64,000 nt of DNA from an uncultured candidate division Zixibacteria bacterium (GCA_963801605.1 CAWDFP010000007.1:320001-384000); one strand, 5' to 3'. Positions 42,094 to 52,433 are shown, counted from the stretch's first letter. Notes: generated by a model from the sequence alone, not told the origin. Numbers and translations are program-made.

Positions 42094-42624
42094 ATGAGGC
42101 TTTTCAAGAACACCGAGAAAAAAGGTCCTGCCCTGATTTTCATCAGTACGCCTGCCAGGGACCTCCTGCCAATTTTTTCGCTGGATGATTTAGCCCGGCA
42201 AGCGGTAATTCAACTTGGCCGCGCCGCTCTTGACGCTAACGCCCATGTTTATGGATATGCGCTTCTCCCCTCGATTCTGTACGCCGTCATAGGCTTTCCT
42301 GACGCTTATGATTTACCGGGATTTGTATATAATTATAAATGGCTGTCGGGACGGGCAATAATAGGATTGGATCACGGCGAGTTCCACGAGCGTCTTTACC
42401 GAAAAGATAAGTTTAAGCCCTGGATGAACAGGTTTGACAACCTGACGCTCTCATCAAAGGCGCAGTTTTCAGCTAAGCTTGATTATCTTCACAACGAACC
42501 GGTCCGCCGGGGTTTGGCCGCTAGCATAACTGATTGGCAATATTCCAGCGCCAGGGATTGGATCCTTGAGCGGCCAGGCTTAATTAAGGTTCGAACAGAT
42601 TTAGCGGATTTCTTCCCGGACTGA
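42094..42624 (+). CDS. RAYT/TnpA-REP (Y1 HUH transposase)-like protein lacking the HUH histidines
   Basis: VYGYALLPSILY where RAYTs read Y(V/C)xMPNHxH; W..RFD; KLDYLHNEPVRRGL; DWQYSSA. Confidence 0.75.
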   Translation: MRLFKNTEKKGPALIFISTPARDLLPIFSLDDLARQAVIQLGRAALDANAHVYGYALLPSILYAVIGFPDAYDLPGFVYNYKWLSGRAIIGLDHGEFHERLYRKDKFKPWMNRFDNLTLSSKAQFSAKLDYLHNEPVRRGLAASITDWQYSSARDWILERPGLIKVRTDLADFFPD

Positions 42625-42807
42625 GATAGGCTATCTAAATCCGTTGCCGTCATTGCGCCTATTGTTCGCGATATTTCCATAAATATTCGTCCGCTTCCAG
42701 AGCAATCTCTTGTTCACAACCGCATCCATTTATGGTATATATGGATTTGGGAAAATTTTAAAAGGCAGATTTCTACGTTATCCATTAAGGATTAACCTGG
42801 AGGAATT

Positions 42808-44331
42808 TTGAAAAATCATAGAACGTTTATATCCGCCATCCTGGGCATAATGATGATCATGGGATGCGCCAAGACTGATATCGGCTTACGATATGATATG
42901 GAGAAGATGATTACAAAGGCCGACCGTCTCCAGGAGCAGATCAAGCAAAAAGGCAATGTTATCTCCGAGGATGATTTAAAGCAAATCGTCGATGCTTATT
43001 CCCATATCGCGGCCATGGTGCCCCCCCCAAACAGCATTTCTGATATTCAACTGGCCTCCAAAGACAAACAGCAGGCCTGGGCGCTGGCTTCTCTGGCCAA
43101 TACCAGAATCGGCGTTTTGTATATGAGCCTGAATATGTACGATAAGGCTTACGATATCTTTAATATTATCGCCGACAACCCGGCTACAACACTGATTCAA
43201 AAAAATGCCCTTCTCAGCTACATGGCCGTTGCTCAGGAAAGGTTACAGCATTATCCCCAGGCTGCCGCGATCTATGATTCGTTGGCGCAGGGATATCTGT
43301 CATTGGTCAGCCCCGAAAACCCCAATATGGACGCTCTTGACGCCCCAGTTCAATCAGCCTCGATGTGGGCCAAAAATGGTGATAACGATAAATATCTGGC
43401 TGGAATGGATAAGGCCAGAAATTACTATAGCGATCTGGCCTCAAAATTCAAAGGTACATTGACCGAATCAGCGGCGCTGGGAAAGATTGCAGCATCATAT
43501 ATAGAACAGCAGAACTATCCTCAGGCTATCTCCACTCTTCGAATGGTGCCTCCGGATACATCCGGCCATACCAGCCCCAGCATTCTTCTAATGATTGCCG
43601 ATATCTACATGAATAAACTGAAATCATATCCGCAGGCCGAAAACACCTATCGGGAATTTGTTCAATACTATCCCTCTAATCCGAGCAGGGCGACCGCCAC
43701 CCTCGGAATCGGACTTAGCCTTTTCGAACAGGGAAAATATCTGGCCGCGCTTAAGGCGGTTGAAAATCTCGATAAATTGCCAAAAGCCGATCAAAAAAGC
43801 GTCTCCGAAGCCATTTATCTAACCGGATTATGCTATGAAAAAGAGGACAAATGGGAGCTCGCCCGCGGCCAATTCGACGTTGTCCAGACCTCCTTTCCCG
43901 GAACAAATGAGGCATTCGAATCGGCTCTCTATGTCGCCGATCATTATCGGATCGATAATCAAAAGGAGTTGGCCCAAAAAGCGTTCGATCAGGCAGTCGC
44001 CTATATCAATAAGTTTGTTGACCAGAGTTCATCCGATCAAGCCGCCTGCTCCCGGGCTCTTGGATATCTGGTGCGTGCTTATGTCGAAAATAGTAATTTC
44101 GATAAAGCCGCCGACCAATTGGCCCAAATTCACGAACGTTACTTTCAATACCCCGAGGGTAAATTCGCGCCGCTTCGCATCGCCGATATCTATGAGAATA
44201 ATCTCCATGATAACGCCAGGGCTATAACCTGGCTGAAAACCTTCGTGAATGAGAACCCCGATGCTCCCAACTTGAGCGATGTTAAATCGCATATTGCCAC
44301 GCTTGAGGCTCAACCGGGCAGCGCTAAGTAA
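42808..44331 (+). CDS. TPR-repeat lipoprotein
   Basis: GGAGG RBS, lipobox IMGC, many TPR/YfiO-like repeats. Confidence 0.85.
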   Translation: MKNHRTFISAILGIMMIMGCAKTDIGLRYDMEKMITKADRLQEQIKQKGNVISEDDLKQIVDAYSHIAAMVPPPNSISDIQLASKDKQQAWALASLANTRIGVLYMSLNMYDKAYDIFNIIADNPATTLIQKNALLSYMAVAQERLQHYPQAAAIYDSLAQGYLSLVSPENPNMDALDAPVQSASMWAKNGDNDKYLAGMDKARNYYSDLASKFKGTLTESAALGKIAASYIEQQNYPQAISTLRMVPPDTSGHTSPSILLMIADIYMNKLKSYPQAENTYREFVQYYPSNPSRATATLGIGLSLFEQGKYLAALKAVENLDKLPKADQKSVSEAIYLTGLCYEKEDKWELARGQFDVVQTSFPGTNEAFESALYVADHYRIDNQKELAQKAFDQAVAYINKFVDQSSSDQAACSRALGYLVRAYVENSNFDKAADQLAQIHERYFQYPEGKFAPLRIADIYENNLHDNARAITWLKTFVNENPDAPNLSDVKSHIATLEAQPGSAK

Positions 44332-44603
44332 TATTCATTTAACACCCTTTGATAACCTCTGCTCCCCCGGGCGGAGGTTATTTTATACGTGCTTTCCTAT
44401 CCGTATTCTATACCTATTTAATATTGATTGTCATTTTCAAATAAAACTTGACTCCCGGGAGTTTAAGCTATAGCATGACTGCTGAAAATAATAAAAGCGA
44501 CGAGAGGATACACGACTATGGCTATTATGTCTGCCCGCTTTTGAATAAGAGATGGCAGCTTAATGATATTTAGATTCGAGATGATTCTAAAAGGGAGGAG
44601 AAA

Positions 44604-44954
44604 ATGATATTAGTCAGAGACATCTTTCAACTTAAATTCGGAAAAGCCCGTGAGGCTATGGATCTCATGAAACAGGGGATCGCTATGATGAGGGAATCCG
44701 GATTTACGCCTGATCGGGTTCTCACCGACCTCAGCGGTACCTTCTATACCCTGGTCCTCGAAAGTACTTATGACAATCTGACCCAGTATGAAAACACCTT
44801 CAAGAGGGCCACCAATGATGAGTGGCGGACCTGGTATATGAAATTTACTGAGTTAGTCCAAAGCGGCAGCCGCGAGATATTTAATATTGTCACGGTTCCC
44901 GAAACCACCCGGGCCTCAACTGAAAGATCGTATGCCGGCGCCCAAACGCGTTAA
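44604..44954 (+). CDS. NIPSNAP-like dimeric alpha/beta barrel protein
   Basis: VRDIFQLKFGK, RVLTDLSGTFYTLVLE, GSREIF; strong RBS. Confidence 0.65.
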   Translation: MILVRDIFQLKFGKAREAMDLMKQGIAMMRESGFTPDRVLTDLSGTFYTLVLESTYDNLTQYENTFKRATNDEWRTWYMKFTELVQSGSREIFNIVTVPETTRASTERSYAGAQTR

Positions 44955-44989
44955 AATTTAATTTCTCAACGATCGACTCCTTTATAAAT

Positions 44990-45026
44990 GCAGGATCAGG
45001 CCAACTCCCTGGTCCTGCTTTTCTTT
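44990..45026 (+). terminator. Intrinsic terminator
   Basis: GCAGGATCAGGG...CCCTGGTCCTGC followed by TTTTCTTT. Confidence 0.75.
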
Positions 45027-45086
45027 GGAGAGAAACAATCGTAATTGGTCAATCAAGCCCTTCATTACCTAATAACTTCGTATATC

Positions 45087-45101
45087 TGGCACCAAAATTG
45101 C
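45087..45101 (+). promoter_or_regulatory. Sigma54 -24/-12 promoter
   Basis: TGGCAC-CAAAA-TTGC matches the TGGCAC-N5-TTGC consensus. Confidence 0.6.
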
Positions 45102-45275
45102 CCTCAATATATCCCGGATGTATAAAAAACTTCTTGGTAGATAAGGGTTTAACCTGCATTTCGCAGTAGTCTTCTGAGGTTTTATCTGCAAGAAAATGCA
45201 CCAAATAGGTTAGTTGGCAACAATAGCGGTTCCAGAAGCGGACGAACAGATATTCCGATTCTGATTCTATCGGTT

Positions 45276-45692
45276 ATGGCCATGCTTTTGGCTGGAGTGT
45301 TATCTATAGCCACTATCTCAACCAGGACCGATAAAAACGAGATATCGAAAGTGACTGCGCCCCGCGATCTCGCCGAGGAGGCCGCCAGGGCCGGACTGGA
45401 TGCCGCCAAATGGCATATTGAATGCCACGGCCGGACCTCTGCGGGCAGCCTCTCCCCTCATTATTATATTAACGGCGCCACCTACAGCATTTCCTGGGAT
45501 AATCTCGATCTACGCGATTCGACCGTGCATGTAAACAGCATGGGGCAATATACGATTGGCAAGAATCAGGACTACCGGGTTAGTATAGAGTCGAAAATCA
45601 AAATTGATTTTCTACCGGCCCATAAGAATGAAATTTTATCGGAATATTATTCCCGGAACAGAACCGATCTCATCGATTCGATCCCCAAATAA
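45276..45692 (+). CDS. PilX-N-terminal-like hypothetical protein; true start may be upstream
   Basis: Hydrophobic helix, then LAEEAARAGLDAA and VNSMG; frame is open back to about 45153. Confidence 0.55.
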   Translation: MAMLLAGVLSIATISTRTDKNEISKVTAPRDLAEEAARAGLDAAKWHIECHGRTSAGSLSPHYYINGATYSISWDNLDLRDSTVHVNSMGQYTIGKNQDYRVSIESKIKIDFLPAHKNEILSEYYSRNRTDLIDSIPK

Positions 45693-45709
45693 TACTTGAA
45701 CTAATCATT

Positions 45710-46807
45710 CTATCTAAATTTGATAACAACGATTTCCGGATGATTTCCCGTGCGCATCGGCGGACCCCAGGTGCCGGTGCCGACACAGGTATAAATGGTA
45801 TAATCGTCTTCCACGTGCAAGCCCCGGTCATAACCGCCATATACCTTGTTGGTAATATAATTGAGCGGCCAGATTTGGCCCTGATGAGTATGGCTTGCTA
45901 ATTGAAAATTTACACCGGCGCGCTTGAATAGATCGATATGCACCGGGCTGTGAAACAGCACGATATTGGGTTTGGAACGGTCCAGGCTTTGCAGAGGGAT
46001 TCCGATATCTTTATGCCTGTCTCTGAGCGGATAGGCGATTCCCAGTAGCTGTACGCCGTCGATATCAACCAAACTATCGTTCAGGACGGTAACTGGAAGC
46101 CCTGAGAGGGCCTTCATGGCCTTGCCGATTCCGAGATATGTCTCATGATTCCCTGTAATAAAATATGTACCTAACGACGGGGTCAGACTTGCTAACGGTT
46201 CGACTTCATTGGCAAGATCGTCTCCCTCACCATCGAATAAATCGCCGGTGATAAAAACGATATCCGGTTTTATATCCGCGATCTTCTTTACAATTCGCTC
46301 CAAAAATCGTCTTCCCCAGATTGTGCCCAGATGAACATCCGATATCTGGACCGCCGTTCGGCCCTTCCATGATGGTGGCAAATTCTTGATAGAAACCTCG
46401 ATCTGACGAATCCTTGGATTGGCGGCGTTGATAAGCCCGTAAGCGCTATATAACAATGCTATAGATATTATAATTGCAGCCGCTAAGTTTATGCTGAAAT
46501 TGATGCCGCTTAACGCCATTATCCCCATTACAATCCAAATCAAAATTGCGGATAGGAAAAGATAAAGCAGAACGCCCAGCCAGATCGATGAGATATAATA
46601 TACGATTCTCGAAATGACATTATCTTTCCAGAAAACCAGCAGCGACGCCCCCATAAAACTAAACGCCAATAATCCCAAAATTATCCCTAACGCCCTTAAT
46701 TGAGCAGGTTCGGTTATATGAAAAAATCGTACCCATGAAAAATAGAGAAAAGCATGCGCCGCTATTACTATCGCTTCCGCAATCGAAATGAAAACTACAA
46801 ATCCCAT
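45710..46807 (-). CDS. Membrane-anchored metallophosphoesterase (YkuE/YaeI-like)
   Basis: Four TM helices; SDVH, TGDLFD, GNHE, HTHQGQ, GTWGPPMR. Confidence 0.9.
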   Translation of the reverse strand: MGFVVFISIAEAIVIAAHAFLYFSWVRFFHITEPAQLRALGIILGLLAFSFMGASLLVFWKDNVISRIVYYISSIWLGVLLYLFLSAILIWIVMGIMALSGINFSINLAAAIIISIALLYSAYGLINAANPRIRQIEVSIKNLPPSWKGRTAVQISDVHLGTIWGRRFLERIVKKIADIKPDIVFITGDLFDGEGDDLANEVEPLASLTPSLGTYFITGNHETYLGIGKAMKALSGLPVTVLNDSLVDIDGVQLLGIAYPLRDRHKDIGIPLQSLDRSKPNIVLFHSPVHIDLFKRAGVNFQLASHTHQGQIWPLNYITNKVYGGYDRGLHVEDDYTIYTCVGTGTWGPPMRTGNHPEIVVIKFR

Positions 46808-47022
46808 TTTATTATACCTTTATAATCCTTATCCTTTTGTCGCCATTTATCCCCGGCATGATATGAAAACCCGATTTACAAAGCCACAGGTTTCCTCTGA
46901 TGTTGCCTAAATATCCAGAAGCATTAACTTTATTATTATGCAACGCTCTCAAATTCCCCGGGTATTTGACGTTATTTAAAACCTCTTACGGGTTTTGACT
47001 CTTTTTTGCATTCTCAATAGAA

Positions 47023-47060
47023 TCGGCCAAGCTCATCCCGATGAAATGAGGCTTGGCCGA
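47023..47060 (-). terminator. Hairpin downstream of the dehydrogenase
   Basis: TCGGCCAAGC...GCTTGGCCGA stem. Confidence 0.5.
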
Positions 47061-47091
47061 ATAATCCTAAATTCCAAAGGTAATCTAAAAA

Positions 47092-48211
47092 CTACATCTT
47101 TGCGGCTACAGCCTGGGCAATCTCCAATGTTGTATTTTTACCGCCCATATCATAGGTCCTGACCTTGCCCTCTTTGATTACCGTCGCGATTGCACCCTCA
47201 AGACAATCCGCCTGTGATGTTTCACCGAGCCAATCGAGCATCAGCTTAACAGTCAGAAGTGTCGCCATCGGATTAACCTTGAACATGCCGGCATATTTCG
47301 GTGCGCTGCCATGAGTAGGTTCGAAAACAGCATAGTTGTCGCCAATATTTCCCGAACTCGCGAATCCCAGGCCGCCCACCAGTTGAGCCGCCAAATCTGA
47401 TATGATATCGCCAAACATATTCGATGTTACCAGCACTGAATAATCGTTCGGATTTTTAACCAGCCACATGCACATGGCGTCGATATTAGTTTCACCCAAT
47501 TGGATTTCGGGATAGTTTTTGGCCACCTCGCGGGCGGTGCGCACAAATAAGCCCGATGTTTCACGGATCACATTGGGCTTCTCAACCACCGTAACCGATT
47601 TCTTGCCGTACTTTCTGGCGTACTCAAACGCATCCGTGACGATATTTCGGCTGGCCCGCTTGGTGATAATGCGAAGAGATATCGCCAGCTCATTTGCCGG
47701 GGCATTGGCGAAACGCTTCATCTTGGAATTGGCTTTTTCGATTGCCGCCCGAAATTCATCGGACGTTGGGAAAAACTCTACGCCGGAGTAAAGATCTTCC
47801 GTATTTTCGCGGAACACGGTGATATCGATATCATCGCGGTAATTAAGCGGGTTTCCTGCATACGCCTTGCAGGGCCGAAGATTGGTGCGAAGATCGAAGT
47901 AGCTGACGAAGCTTTACAATTGGTGAGGCATAAACCAATCCTTTGCCTTTGAGCGCCGGGGATAGTTCGGCCTCAGCCTCTTCCTTCGGTTTTGATGTAA
48001 TAGCGCCAAACAGAGCGCAGTCCGTGCTCTTGAGGATATTTATAGTCCTGTCGGGAAGCGCGTTGCCTTCCCTGCACCAGAACTCCCAGCCAATATCGCA
48101 GGGGATATATTCCGCATCGAGTTTGATCTTATCGAGGACGATTTTAGCCGCATCCAGAACATCTTTTCCAACACCGTCGCCCGGCATCCAGGCGATTTTG
48201 TACTTTGCCAT
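47092..48211 (-). CDS. Isocitrate/isopropylmalate dehydrogenase family, possibly homoisocitrate dehydrogenase; frameshift near 47895
   Basis: PGDGVG and LFGAITS, then RENTEDLY, NMFGDIISD, FEPTHGSAP and RTYDMGG. Confidence 0.85.
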
Positions 48212-48318
48212 ATCAGACTCCTTTCGGTCGCCATTAATTAAACATTTGCTGCCTCAATCTACGAATCCAAAGCTTGCGGTCAACTGAAAAAACGAATGAT
48301 AGGTTTTGACAAACCCGT

Positions 48319-48420
48319 GTAGGGTGCGCTATGCGCACCATTTTACTGCCTTAATAATGAATTCTTATTTTCGCTTTTTGTAGGTCGGGTTCCGAGTCCC
48401 TTGGACGAGAAACCCGACAC
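48319..48420 (+). repeat. GTAG-REP hairpins (family C at 48319, family A at 48380)
   Basis: GTAGGGTGCGCTATGCGCACC; the 41-nt copy at 48380 differs from the 32768 copy by one base. Confidence 0.75.
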
Positions 48421-48566
48421 TGACCCACGTGCCATCTTCCCTTTTTTTCCACAATTCGAAAAATAACTTTCTCTCCGTGAACGCTAAATTATAGACATTC
48501 CTCCACGCTCTTAAAATCCTCCAAAACGCGTTCAAAGTGCATTTTGATTTATGGAGGCTTATAAGT

Positions 48567-48821
48567 GGAAGGACGATTGTGCGCCACAAAACCTTCCCTA
48601 CAGGTGGCTGTCCTCTCGGGACCCACAGGGGTCCCCCGGAATCGCCGTCGATTCAACCGGCAGCCAGGATCGCTTCTCCCACAGAAGGTCAGTTTGACCG
48701 CTCAGGGAGAGGAGAAACTGGAGGCAGGTCAGGACAGGTCCCATCTTGTAAAGGGTTTACCCGCCTTTTTCTGGCGGGATTATCGGTCCCGGGACCTCCC
48801 CCTTACAATACCTGCAAGGGG
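48567..48821. ncRNA. Candidate structured RNA or MITE-like element
   Basis: Five consecutive GC-rich stem domains (see findings). Confidence 0.35.
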
Positions 48822-48840
48822 ACCTTGAAAACTAAAGATC

Positions 48841-48919
48841 GTAGCTCAAATCTCCTCGGAGATTTGACAAGTCCGATGGCCGGGTTCGAAGCGTGCAAAA
48901 CAAGAGAGAAACCCGACAC
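48841..48919 (+). repeat. REP family B hairpin plus a degenerate family A copy
   Basis: GTAGCTCAAATCTCC..GGAGATTTGAC; CCGGGTTCG...GAGAAACCCGACAC. Confidence 0.6.
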
Positions 48920-49033
48920 ATTCGGAAACCTTACGAAAGGAGGTTGATAATAAACACAAAGCGCCCGATCCATAAACCAGGCGCCTAAAATTAAAATCCG
49001 ATAGCTTATTTCGACGGATTATATCGCTATCAA

Positions 49034-49945
49034 CTACATTCTAATCCTTAACGTAAAACGATGGGTATCGTTTAGGTTATTATTCGATGGCACAAAGGCG
49101 TATTCGAAATAATAATTTGTATAAGTAATGCCCCCACCGAGCGAAAAATTCCGCGAATCGTATCCGAATCCATATCCCATTCGCAGGCTAATCAGGTCTT
49201 GATAGGTATATTCGCCGCCAATATTGAGCTTGCTCTTTTTGTTGCCCCATTTGGTTACTATAAAATCGCTGGAAAGAATTAATCCCGCCAACTTTGTTTC
49301 GGGAAGCATTCTATACGATGCGCCTATTCTCAATTCGCGCGGAAGATCAAAAGATACGGAATCGAACTTTGGCTGCGTCCCCAAATTTCGAACCGATACA
49401 CCGAGCGCTATCTCCGGCCTGAGCGTATAAAACGCTCCAAAATCGAGGCCCAGCGCCGAGGCGCTATTTATATCGATTTTTTCATACGCCCATTTAATTG
49501 TATTGCCGATCGCCAGACGATCATTTAACGGCAACGCCCATAAAAATGACGCTGTAAAATTGTGCTCATCGAAAGTACCCAATGGTTGATCGGTCGGCAC
49601 TACATCGCGCCTTTCGATATTGGCGACCTTGCCGTAATAAAGACCCAATCCATAGTGGAATCTTTTCGAATGCGCTATGACCGAGAAATGTTCCATGGTG
49701 ACATCGGTTAGATACTTAACATGCATCAGGGAAAATTCGGTGCCATCCATCAGAGCCGCTGACGCTGGATTGAAATAGGGCGCTCCGGCATCACCGCTGA
49801 TCGCGGTATAAGCCTCCCCCATCGCGGCTGCTCGTGAACCCGGCCCGATCAGGAGAAAATCAAACGAGCTTTCCCCCGATTGCGCTATCACCTGCCCGCT
49901 TAAGGCGAGTATTACCACTATTAAAAAAGAAATAATCCGTTTCAT
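49034..49945 (-). CDS. PorV/PorQ-family outer-membrane barrel
   Basis: FLLIGPGSRAAAMGEAYTA, YFNPA, LRMGY, THRFTL. Confidence 0.85.
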   Translation of the reverse strand: MKRIISFLIVVILALSGQVIAQSGESSFDFLLIGPGSRAAAMGEAYTAISGDAGAPYFNPASAALMDGTEFSLMHVKYLTDVTMEHFSVIAHSKRFHYGLGLYYGKVANIERRDVVPTDQPLGTFDEHNFTASFLWALPLNDRLAIGNTIKWAYEKIDINSASALGLDFGAFYTLRPEIALGVSVRNLGTQPKFDSVSFDLPRELRIGASYRMLPETKLAGLILSSDFIVTKWGNKKSKLNIGGEYTYQDLISLRMGYGFGYDSRNFSLGGGITYTNYYFEYAFVPSNNNLNDTHRFTLRIRM

Positions 49946-49948
49946 CGG

Positions 49949-50938
49949 TTAAAGCCCCATTTTCAATGTAAAGATATGGCTGGCCGCGGTCCCCGCCTGA
50001 CCTACAAGGTAAGCATACTCAAGGGCAATGGATGTATTTTTCAGAGCGTACGCGTAGCTGGCGCCGAATGTCGGGTTCCCTCGATCCAGACCCACTCGCA
50101 GTCCTGCCCAGCGAACATAATAATCCACGCTGCTATATTTGCCTTCTTCGTACTCGTCCTCAACCTGCTTGGTGAGTTTTTTGGTAAACCAATACTCCGC
50201 GCCCGTCCTGAATCGAACGGCCATACTACCGCTCTTTTCAAAATCGACAGCCGGTATTAACCGTCCTGAGTACAATTCCCCGGCAAGTCCAAACCGGAAT
50301 ACCGGAGGAAAACTCTGTTCATACGACGATCCGCCATCATTCCAATATTTCAGGCTGTCCCAGCGAAGCCTGGAACCGAGATTCTGGAGCGATGCGCCAA
50401 GGAGGATAACCTTGCGCAAACGAGCTTTGGCTCCAAGATCAACTCCGACCGTGAAGGCATCGAGATTATCGAACTTCTCCTGCAGATAGCGAATAGTGCC
50501 GCCAAATGAAATCGTGTTATTTAAGGCCTTGGCGAACGATAGCGCAAAAGCATTTTGATTATTTTTGATATCGCCCGTGATCTGTTGTGATGACCCCCGG
50601 CCGACGACATTACCAACTCCGGCGTTAACCCAACTGGCGGCCATAGCGGCTTCATTTTTTATCGGAAACGAGATTGCTACATGCCCCAGATGTCTATCCA
50701 GCGACATCGATTTATAACTCAGGCTGACACCCAATTTCAGTTCGAATCCCAGGCCGGCAGGATTGTAATAAGTGGCTTCGGGTCCTTCGGCGATTGCGGT
50801 ATAAGCCCCTCCCATTCCCAGAGGACGGGCGCCAACGCCACTGCGAAGAAACTGTCCGCCCAGTCCGGCGTCATCGCCGGAGTAGGCGTTAACGGCCATG
50901 ATTGAAATCGCCAGCGCGAATAATATTAACTTCCTCAT
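49949..50938 (-). CDS. PorV/PorQ-family outer-membrane barrel
   Basis: FLRSGVGARPLGMGGAYTA, YYNPAGL, HIFTL. Confidence 0.85.
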   Translation of the reverse strand: MRKLILFALAISIMAVNAYSGDDAGLGGQFLRSGVGARPLGMGGAYTAIAEGPEATYYNPAGLGFELKLGVSLSYKSMSLDRHLGHVAISFPIKNEAAMAASWVNAGVGNVVGRGSSQQITGDIKNNQNAFALSFAKALNNTISFGGTIRYLQEKFDNLDAFTVGVDLGAKARLRKVILLGASLQNLGSRLRWDSLKYWNDGGSSYEQSFPPVFRFGLAGELYSGRLIPAVDFEKSGSMAVRFRTGAEYWFTKKLTKQVEDEYEEGKYSSVDYYVRWAGLRVGLDRGNPTFGASYAYALKNTSIALEYAYLVGQAGTAASHIFTLKMGL

Positions 50939-52433
50939 TTTATTACCACAACCTTTCCCCAGAGATCATCGCCATAATCAAGCTCGATACGATAAAAATA
51001 TACTCCGTTGGCAACAGTCTTACCATCGCCGTTGGTGCCATCCCAGATAATATCGTCCGATTCAACATTCCCTGCCCGAGGCACATTTTCGGCAAGTGTT
51101 TTGACTAAATCGAGATTAAAATCATAAATTTTGATAGTGGCTTTCGTATCGGCTGTCGGCATGAAATGAATCGTAGTGCCGTGTCGAATTGAGGCATCGG
51201 GCGAGAACGGCGACGGATAAGCGTAATGATTGGTCGGGTCTTGTTGGGATCGAAATACTCTCCAGCCTCCCGGCACGGATTTCACAATGCCATCGGTGCC
51301 GCCCGCCCAAACCGCATTATCAAAAACATCAACGGCGTAAAATGGTGCTTATCCTGGTAAAAGGCTTCATGAAACAATATCCTTGAAATTCGATTGCAAT
51401 GTCCAGGCGGAATAATCGCCATTTGATTTATATAATCCAAAACTCGTTGCCGCGTAAACCGTATCCCCGGCGAATGCGAAAGCCCAACCCTCAACGGAAG
51501 CGTCACCGCCGGGACCTTCGATTGGCACCGCGTGCCAGGTCACCCCGTCATCAGATGAATATGCTACGCGGCGAAGTTCTCCGGTCGAAACCGGACGACA
51601 GGCGGCCCAGATAGTTTTTTGAGAGCCTTGCTTGTTGATAGCAAGTCCGACCACGTGATTCCCCGGTAGCTTCAACGTATCGGCGAGAGTGGTATCATCC
51701 GCTACAAAGGAGTAATGCGCTATCGAATCAGGATAAGTATGGAAAGCGTGAGTCAGCGTATCGGCATAGAAGAAAAACCTGTGAATGCCGTTGGCGTTTC
51801 CTCCCCACACCGATAATACATTTGGAAATCCCGTTGTGTCGGTCGTCACCGAAAAATAACGATTGCTGAAATTCAAATATGTCGCCTGGGCGTAATCGAC
51901 CGAATCAGCGTTGATCGAATCAAGCTGAGTCGCGAATAAGTTTTGCCAGGTCGCGCCGTAATCGAGGGTGCGGATCAATCCTCCATAAAAGCAAGCCGAG
52001 TACGCTATCGTATCATAAACCGATAGATCGTATGAAATCATACCGACTTTGTCGGCCTGGATCGGTGTCAGCGTTTGCCAGGTAGCACCGCCATCACGAG
52101 TGAGAGCGATTCCACTCCCGGCTGGGAATGATTCTCCGTTATAGGTTACCGAATTCGAACATCCGACCCAGACTCCCTTCAGATTCACCGCTAACGATGA
52201 GACTTCTTCGCTCGGCAAAGTCCCCGCGCCGTAAGTGGTCCAGGTGCTGCCTCCATTTTCGGAAACGACGGCGCCGCTGCCGGTGCCCAGCCAAACAGAC
52301 GAGGTGTCATGTTTAATATCGATAACAGTGTTGGAGGTGATGCCGCTTCTGCCGCTTCGAGGCTGATTGACATATTAGCCCGGGCGCTTGAGCAGATCAA
52401 TATGATCAGGATAGGAATAAATAGTTTTTTCAT
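50935..52433 (-). CDS. Secreted BNR/Asp-box propeller with a FlgD-Ig (T9SS-like) C-terminal domain; frameshifted near 52330 and 51290-51370
   Basis: Signal peptide; T.DGG.TW / S.DDG.TW Asp boxes; YPSPFSP...IYD...WDGTN..G..VANGVYFY. Confidence 0.75.

Noticed and set aside
42094..42624. Active IS200/IS605 element
   Set aside because: There is no tnpB, no subterminal hairpins were seen, and the HUH motif is absent.
44474..44572. 32-codon upstream ORF MTAENNKSDERIHDYGYYVCP...
   Set aside because: It has no RBS, and its ATG lies within the likely -10 element (TTGACT-N17-TAGCAT), so it would not be on the transcript.
48537..48947. ORFs 48537..48947 and 48565..48828 (the latter has GGAGG before GTG)
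   Set aside because: The translations are not protein-like and coincide with dense hairpins and REPs; a non-coding explanation fits better, though translation is not excluded.
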